A stretch of DNA of 64,000 nt, taken from an uncultured Oscillospiraceae bacterium. GTDB taxonomy: Bacteria > Bacillota > Clostridia > Oscillospirales > Ruminococcaceae. The translations under genes and the position numbers were made by a program. Below, in pieces: positions 8,540 to 16,175 of the stretch (position 1 is its first letter; every line of letters begins with the position of its first letter). Location: NCBI GenBank assembly GCA_964369965.1, contig CAYJGF010000006.1:2321-66320 (forward strand). The letters are read 5' to 3'. The notes under the pieces were generated by a model. The model made no database searches, had not been told where the DNA came from, and saw only the letters and a list, made by a program, of their open reading frames with translations.

Positions 8540-9292
8540 TTATTCTATAGCGGTGAACGCCTGATAATTTATCCATTTGCCGTCCTCGGTGCGGTAGAAC
8601 TCACAGTCGGCGGTCTGCTCCACCAAAATCACCTCACGGTTGATAACACCAACCGGTGTCGCGTTGATGTCCGGCACGGTGCGCAAATTCCAGTTGCCGA
8701 AGTTAATTAGCCCCTTTTTTTTTATGACGGTGATGTCGTTTTGCGGCTCGTCACGTAGCCATGTGTATCCGCCCTCGTCCAATATGGTTACATCGGGACC
8801 CAGCCACAGCATGTCGTTGACCGGCACCTGATCCTCTATTATATAGACGCCGTAGCTGTTTTGGAACTGTATCGCATTCTTCCATCTGCCACGTCCGCAC
8901 TCGATATGCAGATGGTCGGCAAATTTCCCCGGCACACCGCCGCTCATGCCGCCCTCTTCATAGAAAAAGGCACCGAAAGGAATGATATCCCCCTCGTTAA
9001 AATAAAAGTCCTCGCCATGGATAAGCAGTATTTTTGCATAGTCCTGTGTGCCGTCTGCCCAGAGGACCGGCTGTGTGCTCTCGATATACATTTCGCCGTT
9101 GGCATTGCGGCGTGTGCGCACCACCTTTGCCTCAAACGGGCAGTAACATTTATCTTTGCCGGTGTCTTTGCCGCCGAGGTCGAGCGCCCACGAGCCGGTA
9201 TGACTGTAGGTTTTTTTCACCGTTCCGTCGGCATTGAAGCCATACCCCTGAGTGACCCTTAAATATTCCATAAGAAATCTTGCTTTATTCAT
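8540..9292 (-). CDS. Endolysin candidate: M23-like metallopeptidase with a C-terminal SH3-like wall-binding region
   Basis: SHTGSWALDLGG (H..D) and ADHLHIE (HxH) resemble LytM/M23 signatures. It is adjacent to the holin. The ATG at 9292 is preferred over the TTG at 9304. Confidence 0.6.
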   Translation of the reverse strand: MNKARFLMEYLRVTQGYGFNADGTVKKTYSHTGSWALDLGGKDTGKDKCYCPFEAKVVRTRRNANGEMYIESTQPVLWADGTQDYAKILLIHGEDFYFNEGDIIPFGAFFYEEGGMSGGVPGKFADHLHIECGRGRWKNAIQFQNSYGVYIIEDQVPVNDMLWLGPDVTILDEGGYTWLRDEPQNDITVIKKKGLINFGNWNLRTVPDINATPVGVINREVILVEQTADCEFYRTEDGKWINYQAFTAIE

Positions 9293-9371
9293 AGTTGTGA
9301 CCAAACCTTTCTTGTAATAATTTTCATTACTACAATATATGCTACAACCGATGTTTTTGTTTTTAGTGGGC

Positions 9372-9581
9372 TTATGTTTCTAAACTGTCAAGTCTTTGCT
9401 CGATACTGTCCAGGCGCAGCGACAACTCCTCGACAAGGGCGTTGTGTCGCTCAATTGCGAGGGTTGGCAGTCGGTCGAACATGCGTTGCAACTCCGCCGA
9501 CTCCCCACGCCAGTGCAGTTTCACACCCTCTATGCGATTTTCCTCAATCTCCTGCTGTGATATGCCGTACTCGTTTAACAT
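9372..9581 (-). CDS. Small coiled-coil phage protein, unknown function
   Basis: 69-aa ORF in the operon, with a heptad-like C-terminus (LVEELSLRLDSIEQRLDSLE). Confidence 0.5.
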   Translation of the reverse strand: MLNEYGISQQEIEENRIEGVKLHWRGESAELQRMFDRLPTLAIERHNALVEELSLRLDSIEQRLDSLET

Positions 9582-9596
9582 AACTTTCCTCCTTTA

Positions 9597-11495
9597 TTAT
9601 TTTGCAAACCCCTCGTCGGTGTATGTTTTAGTTAGTTGATATACACCAAAACCCTCGTCCGGTTGAGAATTCTCTATCCGAAATTGCATGTTGTTGTATC
9701 GTTTGACCTTTTTGTTGAAGAAATAACGACCGGGATCAACTGCGGTGGAAAAACTCAGCGAGTTAAAATCAAACTCATCAAAGTCGAGGCGTGCAAAAAA
9801 CACCTCATCCACCACCTCGAACTCCCCACCGTCGACAGCTACAGATATGATGGCGGAGGTTTTGGGGAAGTCTTTGAGCACGATCATGCCGCCCTTTTTC
9901 TGCATTGTTTTAAACCGTGTCGGCAGGTCGTCGTCGTCAATCCTCGTCTCCCAAAAAGCCCTTATACTCACACCGTCGTCCATGAAACGCTCCGGGTCGG
10001 TCTCGTCGGTCACATACCGCAGTACCCTGCCGTCCTCGGTGCCGACATAGAGTGTGCCGAGCTCCACCACAAATCGCCTTGCCGCAACTCCTGTCCAAAA
10101 ATAACCGTCGTAGACAAATTGGGAGTTTTCAAAAGCCGCGTCGGTACGGTGACGGTTGTCCAAAAGATAAATATTGCCACCCACCCCGAGCATATAAAAA
10201 CTCTTATAGCTGACCGCACAAGCAGAGCTTAAATCCTGTTCCGTGAGCAGTTTGCCGTCGATATGATAGGATCTGTTTTGCAGTGTTCGTTCCGAGTTGA
10301 CCGTGTCGGTGGTTACGGCGAGCACACCTGTCCTTGATAAAAACATCGGCTCGTCCTGAAGTGAGGCAAAGCAGTCGGTCGAGACCGCACCGGCACCGCT
10401 CATGCCGGCGGTTATCTCGTAGACTACCTCGTCGGTAAGCTCCCGATAACTTCGTTTGTAGAGTGACACCTCCTTGCCGGTATCCTCCTTGATAATAAGT
10501 TGGTCGGCGCCTATCTTTTGATAACCCATGATGCGATAGTTTTGGTCACCGAACACCGTCTTTGAGTCCTCGGCAAAAAAAAGCGCGTCGTTCACGTTGC
10601 TCACCCAATCACATGCCGGTTGCTCGGGATTGCCGGCGATATAGAGCCGATTTTCACCGTCCGGACCGTAAAATGTCGCGATGGTACAGCGTTGCAACGG
10701 GCTTTCCGGTTGGTCGGCATCAAAATATGTGAAAAAGACATTGCAATCATAGCCGTATGGGGTTAGTCGGACATCATAATCCAGCGATATATAGCCGGTC
10801 GACGGGTTATAACTGTAGGCAGTGGTAGGTATTATGTCGATACTGCTTGTCCTCAAAGCGGAATTATAGTTGCTCGCCTCCATATAATACGGTTTTGACA
10901 TATCCACCCGACCGGAGACATACAGGTTTATCGCGCCACCCTCGGTGAAAAAGCCCTCTTTCACCTTGCGAGAGAGTGCGTTGCCGGGATAGGTGTTGGT
11001 GATGAGATTGGCGGAATGGGCACGTTCGATAATGAGCGGCACGGTCACATACTCGTCCACGTCCACAATCCTCACCCCATCATATGCGAGCCATTTTTCT
11101 CCGGTCATGATTATCGCTATTATCCGCTCGCCGTACATGTAGGAGACACAGCTGCTTTTCGTATCGTTCACATTTTCGGCGAGCAATATCGGTTGAAAAG
11201 CCCCCTCCAACGACACGCGGTAAATCTCATTACCGCTATGCACTAAAATGTGCCGATCTTCACCTATGTTACAGCCGTGTATGCCGTTTATTCTGCCGGG
11301 TAGGGCGCAGACGCGCTTAAAACCGGAGCGTTTTTCCGGCATACCGGCGCCGTCACCTATCATATTCTCGGCGTAGGGCGCCCTGTCTCTGTCCACCGTC
11401 AGTGCGGTGCCGGAGAAATTCACCCCTTTAAACGCACCGTAGGTGGTGGTATAGGTTTTTTGCTCGGGGGGGAGTGTCAAGATATTCATCACCAC
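9597..11495 (-). CDS. Large phage structural protein (tail or nozzle candidate), unassigned
   Basis: 632-aa ORF downstream of the head genes. It overlaps the preceding ORF by 7 nt. I recognise no motif; the assignment is by position only. Confidence 0.45.
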   Translation of the reverse strand: MVMNILTLPPEQKTYTTTYGAFKGVNFSGTALTVDRDRAPYAENMIGDGAGMPEKRSGFKRVCALPGRINGIHGCNIGEDRHILVHSGNEIYRVSLEGAFQPILLAENVNDTKSSCVSYMYGERIIAIIMTGEKWLAYDGVRIVDVDEYVTVPLIIERAHSANLITNTYPGNALSRKVKEGFFTEGGAINLYVSGRVDMSKPYYMEASNYNSALRTSSIDIIPTTAYSYNPSTGYISLDYDVRLTPYGYDCNVFFTYFDADQPESPLQRCTIATFYGPDGENRLYIAGNPEQPACDWVSNVNDALFFAEDSKTVFGDQNYRIMGYQKIGADQLIIKEDTGKEVSLYKRSYRELTDEVVYEITAGMSGAGAVSTDCFASLQDEPMFLSRTGVLAVTTDTVNSERTLQNRSYHIDGKLLTEQDLSSACAVSYKSFYMLGVGGNIYLLDNRHRTDAAFENSQFVYDGYFWTGVAARRFVVELGTLYVGTEDGRVLRYVTDETDPERFMDDGVSIRAFWETRIDDDDLPTRFKTMQKKGGMIVLKDFPKTSAIISVAVDGGEFEVVDEVFFARLDFDEFDFNSLSFSTAVDPGRYFFNKKVKRYNNMQFRIENSQPDEGFGVYQLTKTYTDEGFAK

Positions 11496-12358
11496 CCCCG
11501 TTCGTTGATGAATTCACTCTCGGTGCCGGTGTTGAGACGGGCGCGGAGCATCTCATAGCTGTTCCAATAATATGTTGCCTTACGCTCGTCATCGTCCAAA
11601 AATACACGGTTTGCCATCAAGAGCGGCAAAAGTGGGGAAAGACCGTCCGACAGTTCTATGATTTCATCGTCCGGCGTTAGGGAGTCTATCCTCTTATGTC
11701 GGCGACGATATCGTATCTCAATTTCCCCCTCATAATCGCTCGGCAGGCTGATCACACCATCCGTGATTTCGCACCCTATGTCGAGGGCGTTGACTCCGTT
11801 TTTCACTGTCACGCCCTGTCCTACAAGACCGGCAAAACCATCTCCCACAAGGCGGTGCATGTCGTAGTAGACCCGTTCGCCACCCTGAGGGATATCGTCC
11901 AAAGTCTGCCCTCTAAGCCGCCCATACATCGCTACGGCGCGGATATTAAAGTCGTGCTCCCCCTCAAAACTCAAGGTGAGAGAACCGCTTGCAAACCCTT
12001 TGTAGGGTGAAAATGTGCCGTTAGATGATAGTTCTATCTCTTTTGTGCCGTCGTCGTCTATTAAAACCGCCCTGCCGTTGCCGTCGCACTCAAAATAGTA
12101 GGCGCACACCCCCTCGGCACTGTAGGTGGGTGATCCGTACGCGTTGTGAGAGGCTATGGTTGTACTTGCAAGCAGATTGTCGGGCGGTTGTTGATATAGA
12201 GTCGTTCGCCCCTCGAGTGGTCGCACCGTCTCACTTAAAATGTCCAGTGCGGCGTTGGCGGCGATGATAAAACTATCTTTATAGCTGTCATAGACCGCAT
12301 CACTCTCAAAGCCGAGGGCTAACACCTCGTTTTTAAGTTGTCCCCATGTCATTGACAT
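11489..12358 (-). CDS. Phage structural protein (head-tail adaptor or tail candidate), unassigned
   Basis: ORF 11489..12448. The first 30 codons are encoded by the intergenic repeat. The ATG at 12358 (MSMTWGQLKNEV...) has a GGAAAGGA RBS 8 nt upstream. Confidence 0.45.
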   Translation of the reverse strand: MSMTWGQLKNEVLALGFESDAVYDSYKDSFIIAANAALDILSETVRPLEGRTTLYQQPPDNLLASTTIASHNAYGSPTYSAEGVCAYYFECDGNGRAVLIDDDGTKEIELSSNGTFSPYKGFASGSLTLSFEGEHDFNIRAVAMYGRLRGQTLDDIPQGGERVYYDMHRLVGDGFAGLVGQGVTVKNGVNALDIGCEITDGVISLPSDYEGEIEIRYRRRHKRIDSLTPDDEIIELSDGLSPLLPLLMANRVFLDDDERKATYYWNSYEMLRARLNTGTESEFINERGW

Positions 12359-12414
12359 ATCGTTAATCCTTTCCATTGTTATTTTATTGTAGATAATTTT
12401 CGGTGCCGGTCGGG

Positions 12415-12540
12415 AGCGTACCGGCGGGGCGGAAGCGGACAACCGCAAGGGTTGTCCCTACACCCCGACCGGAGGTTATTGATAAAAAAGGCGAAGCCGT
12501 TTCAATAACCATTCACCATTAGACATTAGTCATTAGCCAA
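12415..12540. repeat. Intergenic structured repeat, copy B
   Basis: GGACAACC-gcaa-GGGTTGTCC hairpin, then ctacaccccgaccggagg, ataaaaaaggcgaagccgtttc, attcaccatt, cattag. It is near-identical in blocks to 51300..51411 and 18021..18108. Confidence 0.75.
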
Positions 12541-12702
12541 CCTTGTCGGAGCTTTCGGCTTCCTCGGTTTCCTCGGTGTGAGTTTTTGCTCCTTTTGCGT
12601 CATCTGTGACAGGTAGGTGTCGTCCTTGTTGACCGCTAATATCTCATAGCGCCGCCCCCCCTCGACGAAGATGTCGCCTACCTTTAAACCCTTGTCAACC
12701 AT
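12526..12702 (-). CDS. 58-aa small protein with a basic Pro/Lys tail (below the ORF-track cutoff)
   Basis: Hand translation gives MVDKGLKVGDIFVEGGRRYEILAVNKDDTYLSQMTQKEQKLTPRKPRKPKAPTRLAND*. The ATG lies 4 nt after the capsid stop. The ORF contains a G7 run (12655..12661). Its last codons and stop are supplied by repeat copy B. Confidence 0.4.
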   Translation of the reverse strand: MVDKGLKVGDIFVEGGRRYEILAVNKDDTYLSQMTQKEQKLTPRKPRKPKAPTRLAND

Positions 12703-12705
12703 AGA

Positions 12706-13707
12706 TTAAGTCAAGGTGGTGCCGGTCGTTGCACCGCCGAGGATGATGTGACGCCAGTTGTTAAAGCCGACGCTTGCGCGGAATCTGCCGGAATACTCGA
12801 TACCGTGTGACTTTGTAATCACATCACGTATCACGGTGAGCGGTATTCTGTCGTAGAAAACATTGCCGAGCAGTTCGCGGTTTGCCTCACTGGATAACAC
12901 CATAAAAGGCTCGGTGCCGGAGGCGGCAATCCATCGATGGTTGACGATGAGTTTAAAACGACCTTTAGAGATGTTTATATCGTTGTTGGCACTGCCGACC
13001 TGCAATTCAGAACCGACCACCGCACGAACAGCTCTTTCAAGTGTCGGACAGTTGCCCGGTATGATGATAGTGTCAAATTCATAACCCTGAACATGGCCAC
13101 TGTCGGTCAAGAAGTTGCGTCCGAGATTGGAGAGGCGGTTGAGTATAACATCGTCGGTGCCGAACTCGTTGGTATAGACGTTGGACTGGGTGGTGTCCTC
13201 GTCGTGTTTGGACGGATGGTCGGTGGCAAAAAGCCCCTTTGCATCGCCTGTTTTTTTGTCGATGGACTTGCCACCGTAGGTAAAGGACGCACCCTCTGTG
13301 ACGAGAGCGGTGGTGGCAAAATTTGCCCTACTGCGTTTATAGGCGCGCACAAAGTTGGCGGCGGCGACCTTTGCCTCGTTGAGATATTCATCCTCTGCCA
13401 TCTCGGCGGTCACCTTGAACCCTTTGATGAACTGTCGATGATCGACGAGGGAGGAATACCCCTCCTGAATGTCGTCCAGCACCGCATCGCCCCCCTCCGC
13501 GACAATACTAAAGTCACTAAAGGTGGTGATGGAGGAGACTTTTTCGGCATATCTTTTGGAGGTTTTGACGTTGAAAAGGCTGTTCACCAAAATGTCGTCC
13601 TTGGTGCTGTTTGCCTCCGTCTCCTGAATGATTGCGGTGAGGCGGACGTCGGTGTCCTTGTAAAGTCCGCTGTTAAGTCCGCTGGATTTTGAAAATTCTA
13701 CTGCCAT
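12706..13707 (-). CDS. Major capsid protein candidate
   Basis: 333 aa, immediately after an acidic scaffold-like ORF and the portal gene. Size and position fit an HK97-fold coat protein. No motif-level proof. Confidence 0.6.
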   Translation of the reverse strand: MAVEFSKSSGLNSGLYKDTDVRLTAIIQETEANSTKDDILVNSLFNVKTSKRYAEKVSSITTFSDFSIVAEGGDAVLDDIQEGYSSLVDHRQFIKGFKVTAEMAEDEYLNEAKVAAANFVRAYKRSRANFATTALVTEGASFTYGGKSIDKKTGDAKGLFATDHPSKHDEDTTQSNVYTNEFGTDDVILNRLSNLGRNFLTDSGHVQGYEFDTIIIPGNCPTLERAVRAVVGSELQVGSANNDINISKGRFKLIVNHRWIAASGTEPFMVLSSEANRELLGNVFYDRIPLTVIRDVITKSHGIEYSGRFRASVGFNNWRHIILGGATTGTTLT

Positions 13708-13760
13708 GATCTATTCCTTTCTTTTGTGTGTATCAGTCTATTGTGACATTTGCCTGTCCC

Positions 13761-14270
13761 CTAACCAACCGCATTCAGTGCGCTGTTGTATATTTCTCGA
13801 AGTCGTGCGGAGTTGGCGTCGGGGAACATCTCCTGCCATTCGGCGAGCTGGTCTCGGGGTATGTCTTTGCCGGTCGGCACCCCGATCGCTCCACCGCTTT
13901 TTACAAGGTGTGCCTTGCCGTCGTCCGACGGGGTAAAGGTGGTCGCCCTACCGGTGGTGGCATAGTAGGCGGTGACTGCGTCCACAAGTCCTGTTTGCAT
14001 CAGTTTTGCATAGTCCTCACCGAGCTGTTCAAGGCTCTCAATCTCGGGATTTATGCTTTTGATGTTTGCAAGGTCCTGCCCCTCCTTTTGTTTTAGTGTC
14101 AAGGTTTTGAGCAATTTTTCATAGAGGGACTCCTCGTTGCCTGCCTCCTCCTGCTCCGGTTCCGGCGCTTGTTCCTCTGCCGTCAGGGTGCTCACCTCTA
14201 CCGGCTCCTCCTCAAACTGCCCTACCTCGTCGGCAGTTATCATCTCTTGCGGTGTTTCGTTTAATTCCAT
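13761..14270 (-). CDS. Scaffolding protein candidate
   Basis: 169 aa, very acidic and helical N-terminal half (EEEPVEVSTLTAEEQAPEPEQEEAGNEE). It lies between the portal and capsid genes. Confidence 0.5.
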   Translation of the reverse strand: MELNETPQEMITADEVGQFEEEPVEVSTLTAEEQAPEPEQEEAGNEESLYEKLLKTLTLKQKEGQDLANIKSINPEIESLEQLGEDYAKLMQTGLVDAVTAYYATTGRATTFTPSDDGKAHLVKSGGAIGVPTGKDIPRDQLAEWQEMFPDANSARLREIYNSALNAVG

Positions 14271-14283
14271 TTTTTCCCCTTTC

Positions 14284-14433
14284 TTATAAATCGTTTATTC
14301 GGTAAATTATCCCTTTGTCGGAACAGTTTTTGTTGGTGCAACAGTGATATTGCACCGTCATAAACCGCCCGTTGTAGGGTTCTACCCTATAGTTGTTCAG
14401 GCGCATTGTCGCACTGCATTTCGGGCAGAGCAG
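14284..14433 (-). CDS. Small Cys4 zinc-ribbon ORF overlapping the portal 3' end, with no canonical start codon
   Basis: The frame reads ..KERGVK-LLCPKCSATMRLNNYRVEPYNGRFMTVQYHCCTNKNCSDKGIIYRINDL*. A strong AAGGAGAGG RBS sits 9 nt before a CTG at 14433. The only in-frame ATG after the RBS (14406) would drop the first CxxC. Confidence 0.3.
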   Translation of the reverse strand: MLCPKCSATMRLNNYRVEPYNGRFMTVQYHCCTNKNCSDKGIIYRINDL

Positions 14434-16162
14434 TTTGACGCCCCTCTCCTTGTTGTTCCACCTGGATTGTCCAGTGCTGAACCATGCGCCCTGCGTTCGG
14501 GTAGCCGAGGGCTTCCTTTTCTTTCCAGTATAAAAGGAGTGTCTGCGGCATTTCGGGGTTGCCGAACGCCCCAAGACCGAAGTCGGTGCGCACGTCCTCC
14601 AGCATAAAGCGTCGGTTGTTCGCGATGGTGCCGGACTCGTCCACCGAAAATACAAAGTCGTCCTCATAATACAAGCTCCCGTCCGCGCGTGTCTTTAAAA
14701 AATCCCGTCGGTCGAAGACAAGCTCTTTGCGACTGCCGTCGGTATCGGTGGCGGTATATCCCCGTGGCTCGTCCGCAAAGCTCAGCATAAAGCGGAACAT
14801 ACAGCGAAAGAGATCGGCATATGCTGAGTTTTTCAACATCTGTTTTGTCTGCTGTATACCTATGGTGCGGCTCATAAGCAGCTCCTTTGCCTTGCCGGAG
14901 GTGGCGGACGAGTCCGCATTGCCGAGGAAACTGTCGGTTATACCGAGCACGGCGCGCGCCATCTCATAACAGCGATTTATAACGGTGTAGTCGGCATTTG
15001 CATCGAATTCAAACGCAATACTTTTGAGCATGTCAATCTGGTCGGGGCCTGTGACCGAGAGAACACGCCCCATCTTGTTGGATAGCTCAAACTGCATGTT
15101 GTCCGGTTTTGTCATTATATAGCCGGAGCAGGCTATCTTCTCATCAATCTTCGAGAGCGCCTTGTTTGCCTGCTGTTGCAGTCCGGTTATCGCCTCACAG
15201 TCACTGCCGCCGAAAAATCGACCGAAAAGTGAGTTGTTGCGGCGCACAGCCACGGGGAAATCATTACAGGAATAGTAGGGTACATTCACATCCTCCACCA
15301 TCGGTGTGCCGTCGGGCGATAGCATCACCCTGCCATTTTTGTCCCTTTTCGGTCGGTGCTTTTGCAGGCCGGAGTGATAATCGGTCGACACCGCACGTCG
15401 CTCATACTTTTCACTGCCACACTCACACTGCTCACCCGATTTGATTTTGCCACATGCGACACAACACTTTAGCTTTCGCAGGTGGTAGTCCTCGTTGAAG
15501 AAAAGTTCGGTATCCCCTGCCCAGGATAGCGCACCGAGACCGCCCCTGTCATTTTTAAAATAGCATATAACCTGTGTGACGCGCTCGTTTGACGGTTTCT
15601 CACCGAGGCGCACATCGACACCCTCCTCCGGTTTTATGCCATATCGTTTATATAGGCGCTCTTTCGTGTCCTCAAACACCAGAAAGAAGTAGTCCATCCG
15701 CTCGGTCTCGACAATGCCGGGCTGGGGGATAAATTCAAGAGGAGAGAGGGAGCGCACCGACAGACCGCCTTTGCAACTGCCGGTTCGCAGACTGTTGTCC
15801 CACTCGACAAGATAAACACTGCCGCCCATTATACGGCTTATCCGCTCCTCGGCGTCGTTCATGCGCTCAAACGGCATCCTGTCCATCTCGCACCTTATCA
15901 TCGCCTCAACAACACGTGCAAGCCGAGTATTTTGCTCACTCGGGTGACGGGGGGTGACGAGTGGCATCGGCACATTGGGGTTTATCTGCGCCTCGATAAG
16001 CTCCTTTGTAAAGTTGTAGCTAAGGCGTGCCGGTGCACCGCCCGATATCTCGGTACTGCCCTCGAACTGCCGTTGCCAGGCGGCAAATTTCTCACGATGG
16101 GGGGCAAAGTCGGACAATGCCTCCTCAAAACGTTCTTTATAATATTGGGTTGTCGCTGTCAT
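14387..16162 (-). CDS. Portal protein
   Basis: 591 aa, directly downstream of the large terminase and upstream of scaffold and capsid. It contains an inserted Cys-rich knuckle (KCCVACGKIKSGEQCECGSEKY). Confidence 0.75.
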   Translation of the reverse strand: MTATTQYYKERFEEALSDFAPHREKFAAWQRQFEGSTEISGGAPARLSYNFTKELIEAQINPNVPMPLVTPRHPSEQNTRLARVVEAMIRCEMDRMPFERMNDAEERISRIMGGSVYLVEWDNSLRTGSCKGGLSVRSLSPLEFIPQPGIVETERMDYFFLVFEDTKERLYKRYGIKPEEGVDVRLGEKPSNERVTQVICYFKNDRGGLGALSWAGDTELFFNEDYHLRKLKCCVACGKIKSGEQCECGSEKYERRAVSTDYHSGLQKHRPKRDKNGRVMLSPDGTPMVEDVNVPYYSCNDFPVAVRRNNSLFGRFFGGSDCEAITGLQQQANKALSKIDEKIACSGYIMTKPDNMQFELSNKMGRVLSVTGPDQIDMLKSIAFEFDANADYTVINRCYEMARAVLGITDSFLGNADSSATSGKAKELLMSRTIGIQQTKQMLKNSAYADLFRCMFRFMLSFADEPRGYTATDTDGSRKELVFDRRDFLKTRADGSLYYEDDFVFSVDESGTIANNRRFMLEDVRTDFGLGAFGNPEMPQTLLLYWKEKEALGYPNAGRMVQHWTIQVEQQGEGRQTALPEMQCDNAPEQL

Positions 16163-16175
16163 TTCAATGTCCTTT

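Noticed and set aside
9636-10232. 198-aa plus-strand ORF, with other plus-strand ORFs across 8640..17982
   Set aside because: All are embedded antisense within the long, tightly packed minus-strand phage-like genes. None has its own RBS or gap.
12359-12448. N-terminal 30 codons of ORF 11489..12448 (MRLSASAPPVRSRPAPKIIYNKIT...)
   Set aside because: They are encoded by the intergenic repeat element. A better start with an RBS is at 12358.
12937-13692. 251-aa plus-strand ORF
   Set aside because: It is antisense to the capsid-candidate gene and is a Gly/Val-rich shadow frame.
14284-14667. Full 127-aa ORF as listed in the track
   Set aside because: Its first 78 or so codons overlap the portal gene out of frame and read as Arg/Thr/Ser-rich nonsense. 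Only the C-terminal zinc-ribbon part is plausible (see the feature and finding).
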